The notes under the pieces are model-generated. The model searched no databases and had not been told where the DNA came from. It worked only from the letters and a program-made list of their open reading frames with translations. From the NCBI GenBank assembly GCA_030390025.1, contig CM059425.1, positions 163,372,001-163,436,000 of the forward strand: 64,000 nucleotides of DNA, written 5' to 3'. The translations under genes were made by a program, and so were the position numbers. Shown here piece by piece: positions 48,401 through 61,182 of the stretch (position 1 is its first letter; each line of letters opens with the position of its first letter). This DNA comes from Squalus acanthias. Taxonomy: Eukaryota.

Positions 48401-51138
48401 ATTTATGTGTAAGAGAATTGAAAGACTTCAGGAGAGAAGAGGAGGGCAGAGTACAAGCATGAGTAAATAAATAATCAGAAAACACATGGGCCGGAATTTT
48501 CCGGGGTGGTTGCGGACACGATTGGAGGAGGGTTGGGCGGGAAAGTTGATATTTTTGGGAGCGGGTCGGGAACCCACTGTCATCCCACCCCCATGCACCT
48601 TTCCCTCGGGCGCATTTGCCGGTGCGGCAGCAACCCAACCAGCAGAGGTGGGCGACTTAATTCAAATCATTATATCCTTGCTTACAGACATTTAAGAGCT
48701 TTTTCCCCCTACATTTTAAATTTACCTGCATGGCCTTGGGAACCACATCTGTCAACTTGAGGCGGGAGTTGCGTGGCCGTTGCTCCAGCTGATTAGTTGA
48801 CAGCATGAAATGTATTATAAAAGCTCCCACCTCACAGCTGATCACTTTCCTCAGGCAGAAGCACAGATTCTGCAGGCTGCAATCTTTCCAGCAAAGTCTC
48901 CATCCAGTGTCACCTCATTGGAAGAACCTCTCTCACCATTGACAAATTGCTTCTTTCATCTCTACTTCACCTGCCATGGGTGCTATGTATACTCTCACAT
49001 TGGTCCTCAGAATCGGACCACGATGATCCCCAACACCAGCAGCACCAACAACAATGCCACCAACCTTCTCCGCAATCACCTGATGCTGCACAGCGCAGAG
49101 GGCATCAGTACCCGAGCACATTGCTGCCCGGGAGGCCAGGGATGGCCTCATCATGGCCAGATTTTCTTAACTTGACACTATACACCCATATGGCTGCCAC
49201 ATGATGTGCCAGGTTGGCACCATCCCACACCAACACCATAAAGCATCCCTACAATGACCAAGCCATTCCTTTCACACTCACCACCATTGCTGGAGGTACC
49301 ATTATGTCTCACCATTCACTGCAACTTACTAAGTCACTTCCAAAGGTGCATACAAATGTGTCCAAGACAGGAAAGTGGTGAAAATAAAGATTTTTATGTT
49401 TGACAGCACATTAATGGAAACTTTACATAAACATTGGATAAAACACCCAAGTGGCTACCCTTGTGAATGTACCTGTGTGTCATCTTTCTCTTCCACATGC
49501 TTCTACCAGGTGCTAGCCCTATGGTTTCAGCAGAGGTAGAGGCAGCCTGTTCACTTCCCTGCTACAAGGAGCTGGAGAGCACCTTGCTGCACATCAGTGG
49601 GGCAATGAGGAGCCACATCTACGCTGACATCTCTCCTAGAGAGGAGGTGTATGAGCCTCTGCCATCTATCCTCCATAGAGACCATGTGCTCCTGTGAGTG
49701 GCACATTAGCTGCTCCACGCAGGTGGCCATCCTATCCATGGAAGAGCCTACAGTCGCCATCGCCTGCGACACGGTGGTGCTCATGTTGGAGATTCACTCC
49801 TCCATTCTCTGAACATTTGCAAACATCGCGCTCGCAAAACCTGTCAGAGTCCCCTGCACTTCTTGCTGCACCTCCAGGATCGCACTCTTTCTGGATGGCC
49901 CCTGAGGCTCAACGTCTGCATGCAGCTGAGTAGAGCTTGGAGTGTCCTATGCCCTCTGGCGAGGAGTCTCCACTGCTGTCCCTGTCTCCACCATCTACTC
50001 TTGCTCACTTGTAAGTTGTGAGACACCAGGTGACAACACTACTCTATCTCACGTGGCACCCACCGAGGTGTGCGTCTCTGCGCTGGTGCTGGGTGCGCTT
50101 ATGTCTGGTGACGGTGCACCCTCAGAGGCTGGAGGCTCCTCTGAGGAGTCGTCTTCCTCTTCCTCCTGGACAGTGGGGGGATGGAGTGGGCCTCTTGTTG
50201 GACCTGTAGGAGAGTAAAGAGATGAGTTAGATATGTCATGTGAAGAATGGGTACAGATACCATTAGGCACATGATGACCATTCACTGGCTGCTGACATCA
50301 GTCCCCCATATGAGTGACTGATGTATGCCATGTGGCTGTATGATATGTAATTTTGTCACCAGGTTGCTGAGATATCCCCTTCTCTCTGTCTCCCACCTCC
50401 AGCTACTCATTGACTACAGATATTTCTAAGGCAGCCTCCTCTGCTGTTGTAAGGTTTGCAAATGATGGAGCCCATGACAGGAGAAATTATAATGGGCAAT
50501 AAGGAAATGGCAGAGACATTAAACAAATACTTTGTATCTGTCTTCACAGTAGAAGACACAAAAAACATTCCGGAAATAATGGGTAACCAAGGGTCTAGAG
50601 AGAATGAGGAACTTAAAGAAATCAGTATAAGTAAAGACATAGGCGGAAAAATTTGGTTGATTAGCGCCTCCCATTTGTACCCTAAGAGGGCACTAATGGA
50701 GCATAAAGTAACTAGCGCCCAGGTGTGGCGATGTTTGCGCCGCTCGCGAAATTGACCAGAGTTTTTGCGGCGGCGCCACGATCTCCTGCGCCCGCAGATT
50801 GTGACGTCAGTCGAGCGTGCAACGCCCTGGTAGCGCCCCGGACTGGATATTGAGTGGTTCCCCCTTCCTTTCTGCCTGCCGCTAGCAATGACAGGGAGAG
50901 GGGAACGTTTTGCAGTCGGGAAGGGGCTGGGGGAGCACTATTTAAAGGCGGCCTCTTCCTGGCTTTTTTTGTCAGAGACATTTTTGCACCAAGCATTCTG
51001 AGAGAGAGAGAGAGATTCTGAGAGAGAGAGAGAGACTTCTGGAGAGATTCAACGCTGTGTGAAGTAGTTTTGGCTACTGAGCAGCACTTTGCAGGTTCTT
51101 TTTGATTTGACCTTCATTGCATTGATTGTCAAGAGACT

Positions 51139-52140
51139 ATGGGGGCTGCACTGATTCGGGGCGTCGTCCTGCACCTGCAGAATCGGAGGCATCAGAGACG
51201 CAGAGAGAGAGTGGCAATCATGGCCAAAGGGAGGAGGGCCAACAGGCCTGTGCACAGGAGACCTTACCCTCCCAGGGTATTCCGGGAACAATTCTCCTAC
51301 ATTCATTTGTCTGAGGAGCAGTGTTTGCGCAGGCTGCGCATCAGCAAGGAGGTAGTCACTGAGCTCTGCCATCTGCTGCAACCAGATCTGCAGCCTCGAC
51401 TGAGGACCAGAACGTCTCTGTCGGTGGCAGTGAAGGTGACAGTGGCTCTGAATTTTTATGCCACTGGCTCTTTTCAAGCAGCTACTGGGGACATCGCCAA
51501 TATTTCCCAGTTCGCGGTCCATTGCTGTATCCGGGAGGTGACAAATGCCCTCTATAAAAGGAGACGCCAGTACATCTCTTTCCCCATGACCCGGGCCAAA
51601 CAGCATGAATGCGCATGTGGCTTTGCTAGGATAACGGGCTTCCCCATGGTGCAGGGTGCCATTGACTGCATGCATATGGCATTGCGGGCACCGCATGAAA
51701 ATGCAGAGGTTTTCCGAAACCACAAGGGCTACCACTCCTTAAATGTCCAGTTGGTCTGTGGCCACAGACAGCTGATACTCGCTGTCAATGCCCACTATCC
51801 TGGCAGCAGCCACAATGCTTTCATCCTGCGCCAGGCTGGTGTGCCAGACCTTTTCCAGGCACTGCATCAGCCAAGTGGTTGGCTCCTCGGGGACAAGGGT
51901 TATCCACTCTGCACCTGGCTGATGACACAGCTCCGTAACCCCAACACCCCTGCTGAGCTGCGGTATAATGAGAGCCATATCGCCACCAGGAACATAATTG
52001 AGCAGACGATCAGCGTGCTCAAGCAACGGTTCCGCTGTCTGGACCACTCAGGAGGAGCCCTGCAGTACTCGCCTGAGCGAGTCTCCCTCTTCATAGTTGT
52101 ATGCTTCACAACCTGGCAAGCAGGAATGCTGTCATCCTGA
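51139..52140 (+). pseudogene. Harbinger transposase, C-terminally truncated by the deletion
   Basis: GAIDC, LLGDKGY and RNIIEQ are retained; homology ends at VVC followed by an aberrant tail. Confidence 0.85.
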
Positions 52141-53641
52141 CCGACACATTGGCACTCCCACGGGGCAGCACCTCAGCATCCGGAGCAATCTGCTGGAGCA
52201 CAGATTGCTGGCCTGCTGCGGCGCCATGAGAGCCCCGGGGCAAGGTGGCCGAACCAGCGACGATGGCAGCAGTCAGTGCTTGCGTTACCTCAATCTGAGA
52301 CTGCATGAGAGCAGTGTGAGATTGGATCACAGCAGCCAGTGACTGAATTGCAGCACTAAGCAGTTGCGTTGCATCGGCCTGTGCTGCAGCAAAGTGCTCC
52401 ACACTCCTTGCCAGTCCATCAATGCTTTCGGGCACCCTTCCCACTGCACCCATGAGCTTAGTGTGCATGTTCACCGCCTGGGTGTTCATTTCCGCGATGA
52501 GCCGCTCCTCCTCTGAGTCCAGTGCAGTAGGACTCGCTGGCCTACTCTCCCTCCGGGGAGAGGGCCCCCGAGCTTCCCTACCCCCATCGCGTTGCTGCAG
52601 CCTGCTGGGTCCCAGAGCTTCACCCTCATCAGACCCTTCCCCCCCTGCTCCCCTCCAGGGAAGACGCGGTCCCAGTGTGGGCATGGGCTCCCTCGGGAGA
52701 CACTGGCACTGAGACTCCGGCTTCCTCTTCCTCCTCGCCTGCGGCTTCGCTCCCACTGGTTGGTTGAGGGTCCGTCTCCTCAGCTGGTGTATCACCATCT
52801 GAAAGCAGGGAGGTACAAGAGTGGCTTTAACATCAGGACAGGGGGGCAGTAAGGGAGCAAGGAGTGGAGCGATTTAGTAAGTTGGATTGAAAGTGTAAAA
52901 GGCTGGTGTTGTGAGGGATAAGTGGAATGAGAGAGGAGAGAAAGCTGATGACCTTACCATTGCCGTCTCCAAGGGGGTCGACCTCTCCAGCGGCCATGGG
53001 ACCTATCACCTGGCTGGCAACAATCCTGTGGACACGCGCCTCCAAATCGCTGAGGGTCTGCAGCTCAGCCGGCCCTCCACCCGTCCGTTGCTGCTGCCGC
53101 CTATTATGAGATAGCTTGGCCTGCAAGAAAAAGGACGGCGTCTGAGTAAATGTGCAGCCATGGTCTTGCCTGATGTGCCTCCCATAGTTGAACAGCCCTT
53201 AATGTATGCAGCCATGTGCTTGCCTGATGTGCCTCTCATAGTTGAATAGCCCTTAATGTATGCAAGGTGTGGAATGTGCGTGTGTGTTTTATGAGATGGC
53301 CATAGGTCTTGGATGAGTGTTGGGCATTGGGATTTTTAAACCCTCTGGCCACAGAGTGATGTTGAGATAGAGGGATGGAGAGGTATTGAAAAGCAGCCAC
53401 TCACCCTGGCCACCCGAGTGAGGTCGTTCAACTTCTTCCGACATTGTTTGTGGGTCCTGGGCACCATGCTCCTGGAGGAGACGTGCTGAGACACCTCCCT
53501 CCTCACTCTTCTATAGTCGCGGGGCAATGGCCTCCTGCCACTCTGTGGGTAGTGTATTGATCTTCGGCGCTCCACTGCGCCAACCAGAGCCACCAAGGCC
53601 CGGTCGCTGAAGCGCTGAGCTCATTCCCTGGGCCTCTCCAT
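52118..53641 (-). pseudogene. Harbinger Myb/SANT gene, 3'-truncated and frameshifted
   Basis: Same three-exon layout as the first copy (RTHKQCRKKLNDL; QAKLSHNRRQQQRTGGG; EEERLIAEMN). Confidence 0.8.
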
Positions 53642-56574
53642 TGTTCTTTGCAGCAGATTTGAAGTTGAGGTCTCTCCAGGCCGAGATTCAAGGCTGCAAT
53701 GAGCAGGGTGTGGCTGGAGAGCAAGACCGACCCTCCCCTTTATGAACTGGCCGGCGCCAGTGTGTCTGTGTTCCATTGCTAACTGACATCAACTGAGCTT
53801 CGCCCGCGCTCTGAGGTAGCGCCTCGCTCCTCGACGTTAGCGCCTTAAGAGAGGTCTGTAGTGCCTGATTTAGCGCTCCAATCACCTCCAGGGGCAATAG
53901 AAGCCAAGTTTGCAGTTGGAGGCGATAATTTGCGCTAGGCGCTAAACTTTGCGCCCGGCCGATAATTGCGCCCCAAACGGGGCGATACTGAATTTCTCCC
54001 CCAAAGTACTGGAGAAATTAATGGGACTAAGTGGCGACCTGGACCTGATGAACTGCATCCTAGGGTTTTAAAAGAGGTAGCTGCAGAGATATTGGATGCA
54101 CTGGTATTAATCTTCCAGAATTCCCTAGATTCTAGAACAGTCCCCAAGGATTGGAAGGTAGCAAACATAACCCTGCTATTTAAAAAAGGAGAAAGAGAAA
54201 AAAATGGGGAACCAAAGGCCAGTTAGCCTGACATCAATAGTAGGCAAAATGCTAGAATCTATTATTAGGGACGTGGGCACTTAACAGGGCACTTAAAAAA
54301 TCATAATATGATTAGGCAAAGATAACACAGTTTTATGAAAGGGAAATCGTGTTTGACAAATCTGTTAGAATTTTTTGAAGATGTAACTAATAGGATGGAT
54401 AAGGGGGAACCAGTGGACGTAGTGTATTTGGATTTTCAAAAGGCATTCGATAAGGTGCCACACAAGAGTTTATTGCACAAAATTAGGACTCATGGTATTG
54501 GGGTAATGTATTAGCTTGGATTGAGGGTGGGTTAATGGACAGAAAACAGAGAGTAGGAATAAACGGGACTTTTTCAGGTTGGCAGGCTGTAACTAGTGGG
54601 GTACCGCAAGGATCAGTGCTTGGGCCTCCGCTATTTACAATCTATATTAATGACTTAGCTGAAGGGACTGAGTGTAACGTATCCAAGTTTGCTGATGATA
54701 CAAAGTTAGGTGGGAAAGTAAGCTGTGAGGAGGATGCAAAGAGGCTGCAGAGAGATATAGACAGTTTGACTGAGTGGGCAAGAACATGGCAAATGGAATA
54801 CAATGTGGGGAAGTGTGAAGTTATCCACTTTGGTAGGAAAACAAAAAAGCAGAATAGTTTTTGAATGGTGAGAGACTGGGAAATGTTTGCACTCAGAGGG
54901 ACCTGGGTGTACTTGTACATGAATCACAGAAAGTTAACATGCAGGTACAGCAAGCAATTAGGAAAGCAAATGGTATGTTAGCTTTTGTTACAAAGGGATT
55001 AGAGTATAAGAGCAAAGAAGTCTTAGTACAATTATAAAGGGCATTCTGAGGCCACACCTGGAGTACTGTGTACTGTTCTGGTCTCCTTACCTAAGGAAAG
55101 ACATACTTGCCTTAGAAGGAGTGCAGCAAAGGTTCACTAGACTGGTTCCTGGGATGAGGGGATTGCCCTATGAGGAGAGATTGAGTAAACTAGGCCTATA
55201 TTCCTTAGAGTTTAGAAGAATGAGAGGTGATCTAATTGAAACATAAAATTCTTAAGGGGCTAGACAGGGTTAATGCTGGGAAAATGTTTCCCCTGGCTGG
55301 GGAATCTAGAACACAGGGTCACAGTCACAGAATAAGCGGTAGGCCATTTAGGATTGAGATGAGGAGAAATTTCTTCACTCAAAGGGTTGTGAATCTTTGG
55401 AATTCTCTACAACAGAGAGCTGTGGATGCTCAGTCATTGAGTATATTCAAGACAGAGGTCGATAAATTTTTGGGAACAAAGGGAATTAAAGGATATGGGG
55501 ATAGTGCGGGAAGGTGGAGTTGAGGTAGAAGATCAACCATGATCTTGTTGAATGGCGGAGCAGGCTCGAAGGGCCAAATGGCCTGCTCCAGCTCCTATAT
55601 CTTATGTTCTTGTGGTTCTCCCCTTCTCCCTCTTATTTTGGGCTCTCTTTTTCTGCACGGAGGGAAAGAAGAGAAGGTTGAGTGAGAGTGATGGAATGAG
55701 TGTAAGGAATGGATGGGTTAGATCTTTAGAGGGAGACTATGATGGAGTGGGGTGCCAAAGCCAAGTGGCCTCCTTGTGTGTTGTTAGTTGGTATGATTGC
55801 ACTAGGATGAGGGTGTTAGGGGTGGCTAGTGAGATGGGGATGTGATAATGTCGATAGAGAGAGAGGGATGGGTGGACGTGCAAGGTATGTTGGTGTGAGT
55901 AAGGATGTGCAGGATTAGGATTGGGAAGGCAGAGTGATGGGAATGTGATGAGAGACACAGCAGGATGAAGTTGAGTATGACTTTGTACTCACCTTTCCTG
56001 ATCTAATGAGATCATTGAAACGTTTGCAGCACTGCACCCAGGTCCTCCTGACCACTTCCCTGCTGGTGACCTCCTCTGCAATCTCCAACCAGGCTGTCTT
56101 GGTCTCCTGGGGAGGTCTCTTCCGCCCATTGGAAGGGAAGAGGACCTACCTGCGTGCTCTGACTCCCTCCATAAGCATATGGAGAGAGTCATCGGAGAAC
56201 CTGGGTGCAGCCCTCTACCTCTGTGCAGTCATTGTCAAAGTGTTTGCAGCACTCCAATGCTGTAGTGCACTGACAGCACTATGTTACATTAACCTGCAAA
56301 TGTAATGTGGCCATGGCCCCTTTAAAGATCCCAGCTGAAAACGTGCCATGAATATTGTCACCAGACCCATTCCATTTAATTGGGTCAGATAACGCGCAGG
56401 GCGGGCTTAATAGACCCTATTAACGTAAAGTCGTTCTGTGGAGCGGGATGGAGCCAGCAATGGGGTCGCGACCCGCCATGGCCACCGCCCGCACTGGACC
56501 TGCCCAGGTAGGGATAATTCCGGCCATGGTAGTTGATGAAAAGGGAAAGTCTTTGTTGTCCATAAGAACATAAG

Positions 56575-56750
56575 GGGGTAGAATTTCTGTAGGGGTTCTC
56601 CCAATCTCCCACCATAACTTTGCAGAAGATCAATGGACACCCTCCAGAAACAGTGAGAACAGACGTTTACACTTTTTCTCCAGGGTTTCCGGCGATTTTC
56701 TGCCAAAGTTACGGCGGGAGATTGGCAGAAAATCCACCGAAAATCTATCT
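56575..56750. mobile_element. Fold-back (whole-length palindromic) MITE with Harbinger-like ends
   Basis: CCAATCTCCCACCATAACTTTGCAGAAGATC pairs with GATTTTCTGCCAAAGTTACGGCGGGAGATTGG; imperfect pairing extends to a small loop near 56660. Confidence 0.75.
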
Positions 56751-56914
56751 AGAGAAAAATGTTATTATGCCCGAGCAAATCAGCTTCTTTTTCATAGATC
56801 AAACTCATCTGCCTGCTTTTTCACTATATCCCTGAATCGCCTCTCATTGCATTTCAGTCTAGCTCATAGCTGGTGCTAAAGGGCTAAAATTTTCACTAAC
56901 AGCACAACATCATT

Positions 56915-57935
56915 GAAGTTTTTTTTTTATTCGTTTGTGGGATGTGGCCATCGCTGGCAAGGCCAGCATTTATTGCCCATTCCTAATTGCCCCTGAGAAG
57001 GTGGTGGTGAGCCGCCTTCTTGAACCGCTGCAGTCCGTGTGGTGAAGGTACTCCCACAGTGCTGTTAGGTAGGGAGTTCCAGGATTTTGACCCAGCGACG
57101 ATGAAGGATCGCCGATATCCTTCTAAGTCAGGATGGTGTGGAACTTGGAGGTGGTGGTGTTCCCATGCACCTGCTGCCCTTGTCCTTCTAGGTGGAAGAG
57201 GTCGCAGGTTTGGGAGGTGCTGCCGAAGAAGCCTTGGTGAGTTGCTGCAGTGCATCTTGTAGATGGTACACACTGCAGCCACGGTACGCCGGTGGTGGAG
57301 GAAGTGAATATTTAAGGTGGTGGATGGGGTGCTAATCAAGCGGGCTGCTTTGTCCTGGATGGTGTCGAGCTTCTTGAGTGCTGTTGGAGCTGCACTCATC
57401 CAGGCAAGTGGAGAGTATTCCATCACACTCCTTACTTGTGCCTTGTAGCTGGTGGAAAGGCTTTGGGGAGTCAGGAGGTGAGACACTCACCGCAGAATAT
57501 CTAGCCTCTGACCTGCTCTTGTTACCACAGTATTTATGTGGCTGGTCCAGTTAAGTTTCTGGTCAATGGTGATCCCCAGGATGTTGATGGTGGGGGATTC
57601 GGCGATGGTAATGCCGTTGAATGTCAAGGGGCGGTGGTTAGACTCTCGCTTGTTGGAGATAGTCATTGCCTGGCACTTGTGTGGCGCGAATGTTACCTGC
57701 CACTTATCAGCCCAAGCCTGAACGTCGTCCAGGTCTTGTTGCATGCGGGCATGGATTGCTTCATTATCTGAGGAGTTGTGAATGGTGCTGAACACTGTGC
57801 AATCATCAGCGAACATCCCCATTTCTGACCTTATGTTGGAGGGAAGGTCATTGATGAAGCAGCTGAAGATGGTTGGGCCTAGGACACTGGCCTGAGGAAC
57901 TCCTGCAGCGATGTCCTGGGGCTCTGATGATTGAC
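56915..57935 (-). mobile_element. 5'-truncated LINE (family of 19698-20542), RT C-terminal half
   Basis: GVPQASVLGP, MFADDC, YKAQVRSVMEYSPLAW and a poly(A) tail near 56920. Confidence 0.88.
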
Positions 57936-58608
57936 CTATGGTAGCTGCCAACATCCTTTTCTTGTCAATCAGGTGTTTGAAATATGTGGAAACCCATCAT
58001 CATGCTTAAAAATTTGCAAACCAAGTTTTGTGACAACTTCTACAGGGATTATCAAGAGTTTGACCTCCTGTCCCCCACCATTGGTAGTATTGTGTTCCTG
58101 ACACTTGAAAGTTAGATTTTATTTGGTTTTCTTCTTTTATAATGGTATCACTTCCTGCCCTCCTCCCACCATCAGGTGGTGAATATGGTATTGTCCAAGC
58201 TGGCGATCTTCTTTCAGACTTGATTTTCTTGTATATAGATTGTGGGGGGAGTGTGGGTGGGCGGGGGTGGGGGGGATGCGCACTGGAGCTTGAGATTGAA
58301 ATCTCCCTGACCAGTACTCCTCACACAATCAGATTCATCACTGTATCGATGAAATGTGCCTTCCTCGTTTATTTTCCAAATGTGGATCTAAAGTTCTGCT
58401 CAGCACGTCTGTCCTGGCAAAAAGTTCATTTCCTGTGGGTGTCGAGAGATTCGTTTTCTGTTTGTTAAGGTGTAGTTACCCATTGTCGCTCTTCCATTGA
58501 AGGGTTTTCATTTGCAGTCACACCATCTCAGATTTGGCTTGCCTCTTGATACTATTGTATACAAAAGGAAAAATAAGTGAATGCTTTATTCATTTAAAAA
58601 GAGTTACT

Positions 58609-59213
58609 GGAGCCGAGATTCCACAGGGAACCTGCCAGTTACATGGGAATCACACCCACATTGATCTCCATGACTGGCCCTGCTGGGGCATGCAGGAGGT
58701 CATTTTATTGCATGTGGTTGGTGGGAATCCATGCCAATCTCAGACACCTACCTTGCCTCAGGGGCCTCAAAATGTTGCATTGGTGGCAGGACCGAAGGGG
58801 TTGCCATGGTCTTCTTAGACACATCAGCCTGTGCCCCTGGTGGCCGCGATTCCATTCTAAACATTTTCCACTTATCGCTTCTATAGAGGTCCAGCCTACA
58901 ATCCCAGTCTGGACCCCCGGGTGGGGACCATTTCTGCCCTTCAAGAGGCTGGTACGCCACTTCTCATTCAGAATATCGACTTCCAAACTTACAACAGGTC
59001 AAGGCCAAGGATGCGGAAACTCGCATCTTACTGAGATCTCGCCTCTTGGCCCTAACCCATCCGTGTCAGTGGTATTGTTTGGGGCAGGAAGGGGCTTTGG
59101 CCCGAAACAAGGCTAAAGGAAACTCCTGCATAAGTCCAAGACCCGGTTTGCAGGTGGACTTCCATTGTAGTTACAGCAGGAGTCCACTGGAATGGCCAAG
59201 CAATTTCAGCTCC
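58609..59213. mobile_element. Possible old MITE
   Basis: Imperfect TIR GGAGCCGAGATT / AATTTCAGCTCC bounding a GC-richer block. No clean TSD. Confidence 0.4.
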
Positions 59214-60099
59214 AAAGGTTCTAAGGATCTAGACTATTCATTTTTTAATTTTTTTTAATTTTTCTTTGAAACTTGAAATCAAGAAAAAGGTATTAGTTGT
59301 TCAGAGTTGATCCAGATCCAGATCCTGTTCACCATCAGAGGACCTGATCTAAAAGATAAATGCTGCACACAATGGGTAATGCTGGAAATCAGAAGTAAGT
59401 GATCAGGCAATCAGTTTGTCCAATTCCATATAACTGGAGCCACTGTTATTTGATACCATGGATGGGTTGCACTGTTTAGTCGAGATAACGTTCATTTTGA
59501 ATTATTTTTAAAGGTGATTTCTGTCCCTTCGATAGACATTTAACAGAAAGTGATGAATCTTTAAACTCCAACAGCTGTTTTCCTTTCATCCATGTGCTGC
59601 ACAAAATTGCAAACAAAACAAATGTTTCCTTGGCAACCACAGAAACATCTATCAACAAGAAAGCCGAGATAATTTAACAAATTAAAATAGTACTTGCAGT
59701 GAACAAGAATGACAAAATCAATGCTTTTAAAGCTACTTTGGGATTAATTTATGCTTCTATGACTTCATGACAGCACTACCTATCATCTCATCTTAAAATC
59801 TACCTCAGATATAAGTTGTAAAACAAATTATTTTTACTCATTTAAGTTTACACTAAGGGTTAAAACAACCAAAAAAAATCCGAAACCTGTTGGATACTGT
59901 AGTTTTCTTAGAGGTCATAACCCAACATAAGTAACTCTATTTGTTATTTGGTTGGATAAGCATCATCCAATGGATCTGTGCTGCGTAGGCTCTATCTATG
60001 ACATTCAAGCAGACAAAATTATATTTCCACTGAAATTATGTCACAGTGACAAATCAATATCACAAAATAACTTCAAGTAACTTTCTGAAGTTCTATGAC

Positions 60100-60236
60100 T
60101 GGGCTTGATTTTCAAATTGCCAGCTGGGTATAAAACTGATGTTGCGCAATGAAATGAAAGTCGGGCAGTTTCAATAATGGGTGGCTGACATCCAATGTCA
60201 GTTTGGCACTTGGACAACAACTTGAAAATCTACCCC
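60100..60236. mobile_element. Short fold-back MITE with Harbinger-like ends
   Basis: GGGCTTGATTTTCAAATTG...AAACTGATGTTG pairs with CAATGTCAGTTT...CAACTTGAAAATCTACCCC. Confidence 0.65.
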
Positions 60237-61182
60237 AATATCACCACTTGTCACTTTGTCATTTGGGAGTTAACTGGCCAGCTTTGTTTCGGTAATACCA
60301 TGCTGCTAGTTATGATATATCCCATATATACATCTAACAGTTAACGCTGGCTTATTATAAAGGGCTGCCACAGATAGATGTAAAACATTATGATACTTGA
60401 GCCAAAATCTTTAATGGAGTATCTTACAGTAGTTATGATAGATGTATATGTTCTTATAGATTACTATGATGCTTCATTGATTTTATAGATGCAATGATGC
60501 ATCTAAATAATCAGGATCCCTGTTAGTGCAAACTCAGAAAACATGCACATAAATGCCTTAAATGCAAATTCTTAGTCAGAGAGCATTCTTCTCCATGGTA
60601 ACTGCCATTAGATTATAACATTCAAGAAAGCAGATAAAAAAAACATGTTTTTAATAATCATATTTAGGCTTGAGCGTTCCGCCTCAATCAGTTCCACAGC
60701 AGTTGTGTTTTACATCTGCTTTGTTTTAACATTTATTTTTTCCTATTGCTTTATTTTTATATAGAAGGGAATATATACAATAGTACATGAAGGTATTTAC
60801 TTTTACATTAGAGTACTTTCTGACTATTTCCTTGGGCTACATAAGTTCTCTTTAAAATTCATTTTTTCATATTAGAAGCATACCTCCATTATTTTACTCA
60901 AAAATTATATGCTGGAATCCCGCTCATCAAAGTGATGTGATAAATATCTTCACAGTCCAGGCTAAACTGGGCAACTCATTGGTGACAAGGTCAAACATGG
61001 ATTATGGTCAAATCACAGTGGAAGATATTCATCACATTATAAGGTTGGACATGACATAATATCCTAATTATAAAATAAAATTCAAAAAACCTGAAATGCA
61101 AATAGCTTAGAATCATAGGCCATGAATTTTCTGGGATTGGGGAAGGTGCAATGCTGGTGGTTTTTGCAGGTGTGGCTGGATC

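Larger units (their letters stand above)
50642..54002. mobile_element. Harbinger closely related to 2-4398, with a central deletion
   Basis: TIRs GGCGGAAAAATT / AATTTCTCCCCC; flanks ATA / AAA. Colinear with 2-4398 except for loss of the equivalent of ~1503-2243. Confidence 0.9.
50474..55611 (+). mobile_element. 5'-truncated CR1 (50474-50641 and 54003-55611)
   Basis: GEIIMGNKEMAETLN...KEISISKDI | VLEKLMGL...PGPDELHPRVLKE, RT motifs and a 3' UTR. Confidence 0.88.
48489..56525. mobile_element. Internally deleted Harbinger (own sequence 48489-~50473 and ~55612-56525) hosting a CR1 and a younger Harbinger
   Basis: TIRs GGCCGGAATTTTCC / GGATAATTCCGGCC with an ATG TSD. Myb exon 1 remnant at 55992-56230 (AWLEIAEEVTSREVVRRTWVQCCKRFNDL). 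Exon 2 is split by the CR1 (KKRAQNKREKGRT | SFANLTTAEEAALEI). Confidence 0.82.

Noticed and set aside
58137..58560. Coding-looking unique stretch
   Set aside because: No recognisable motif or consistent splice-bounded frame; needs a translated database search.
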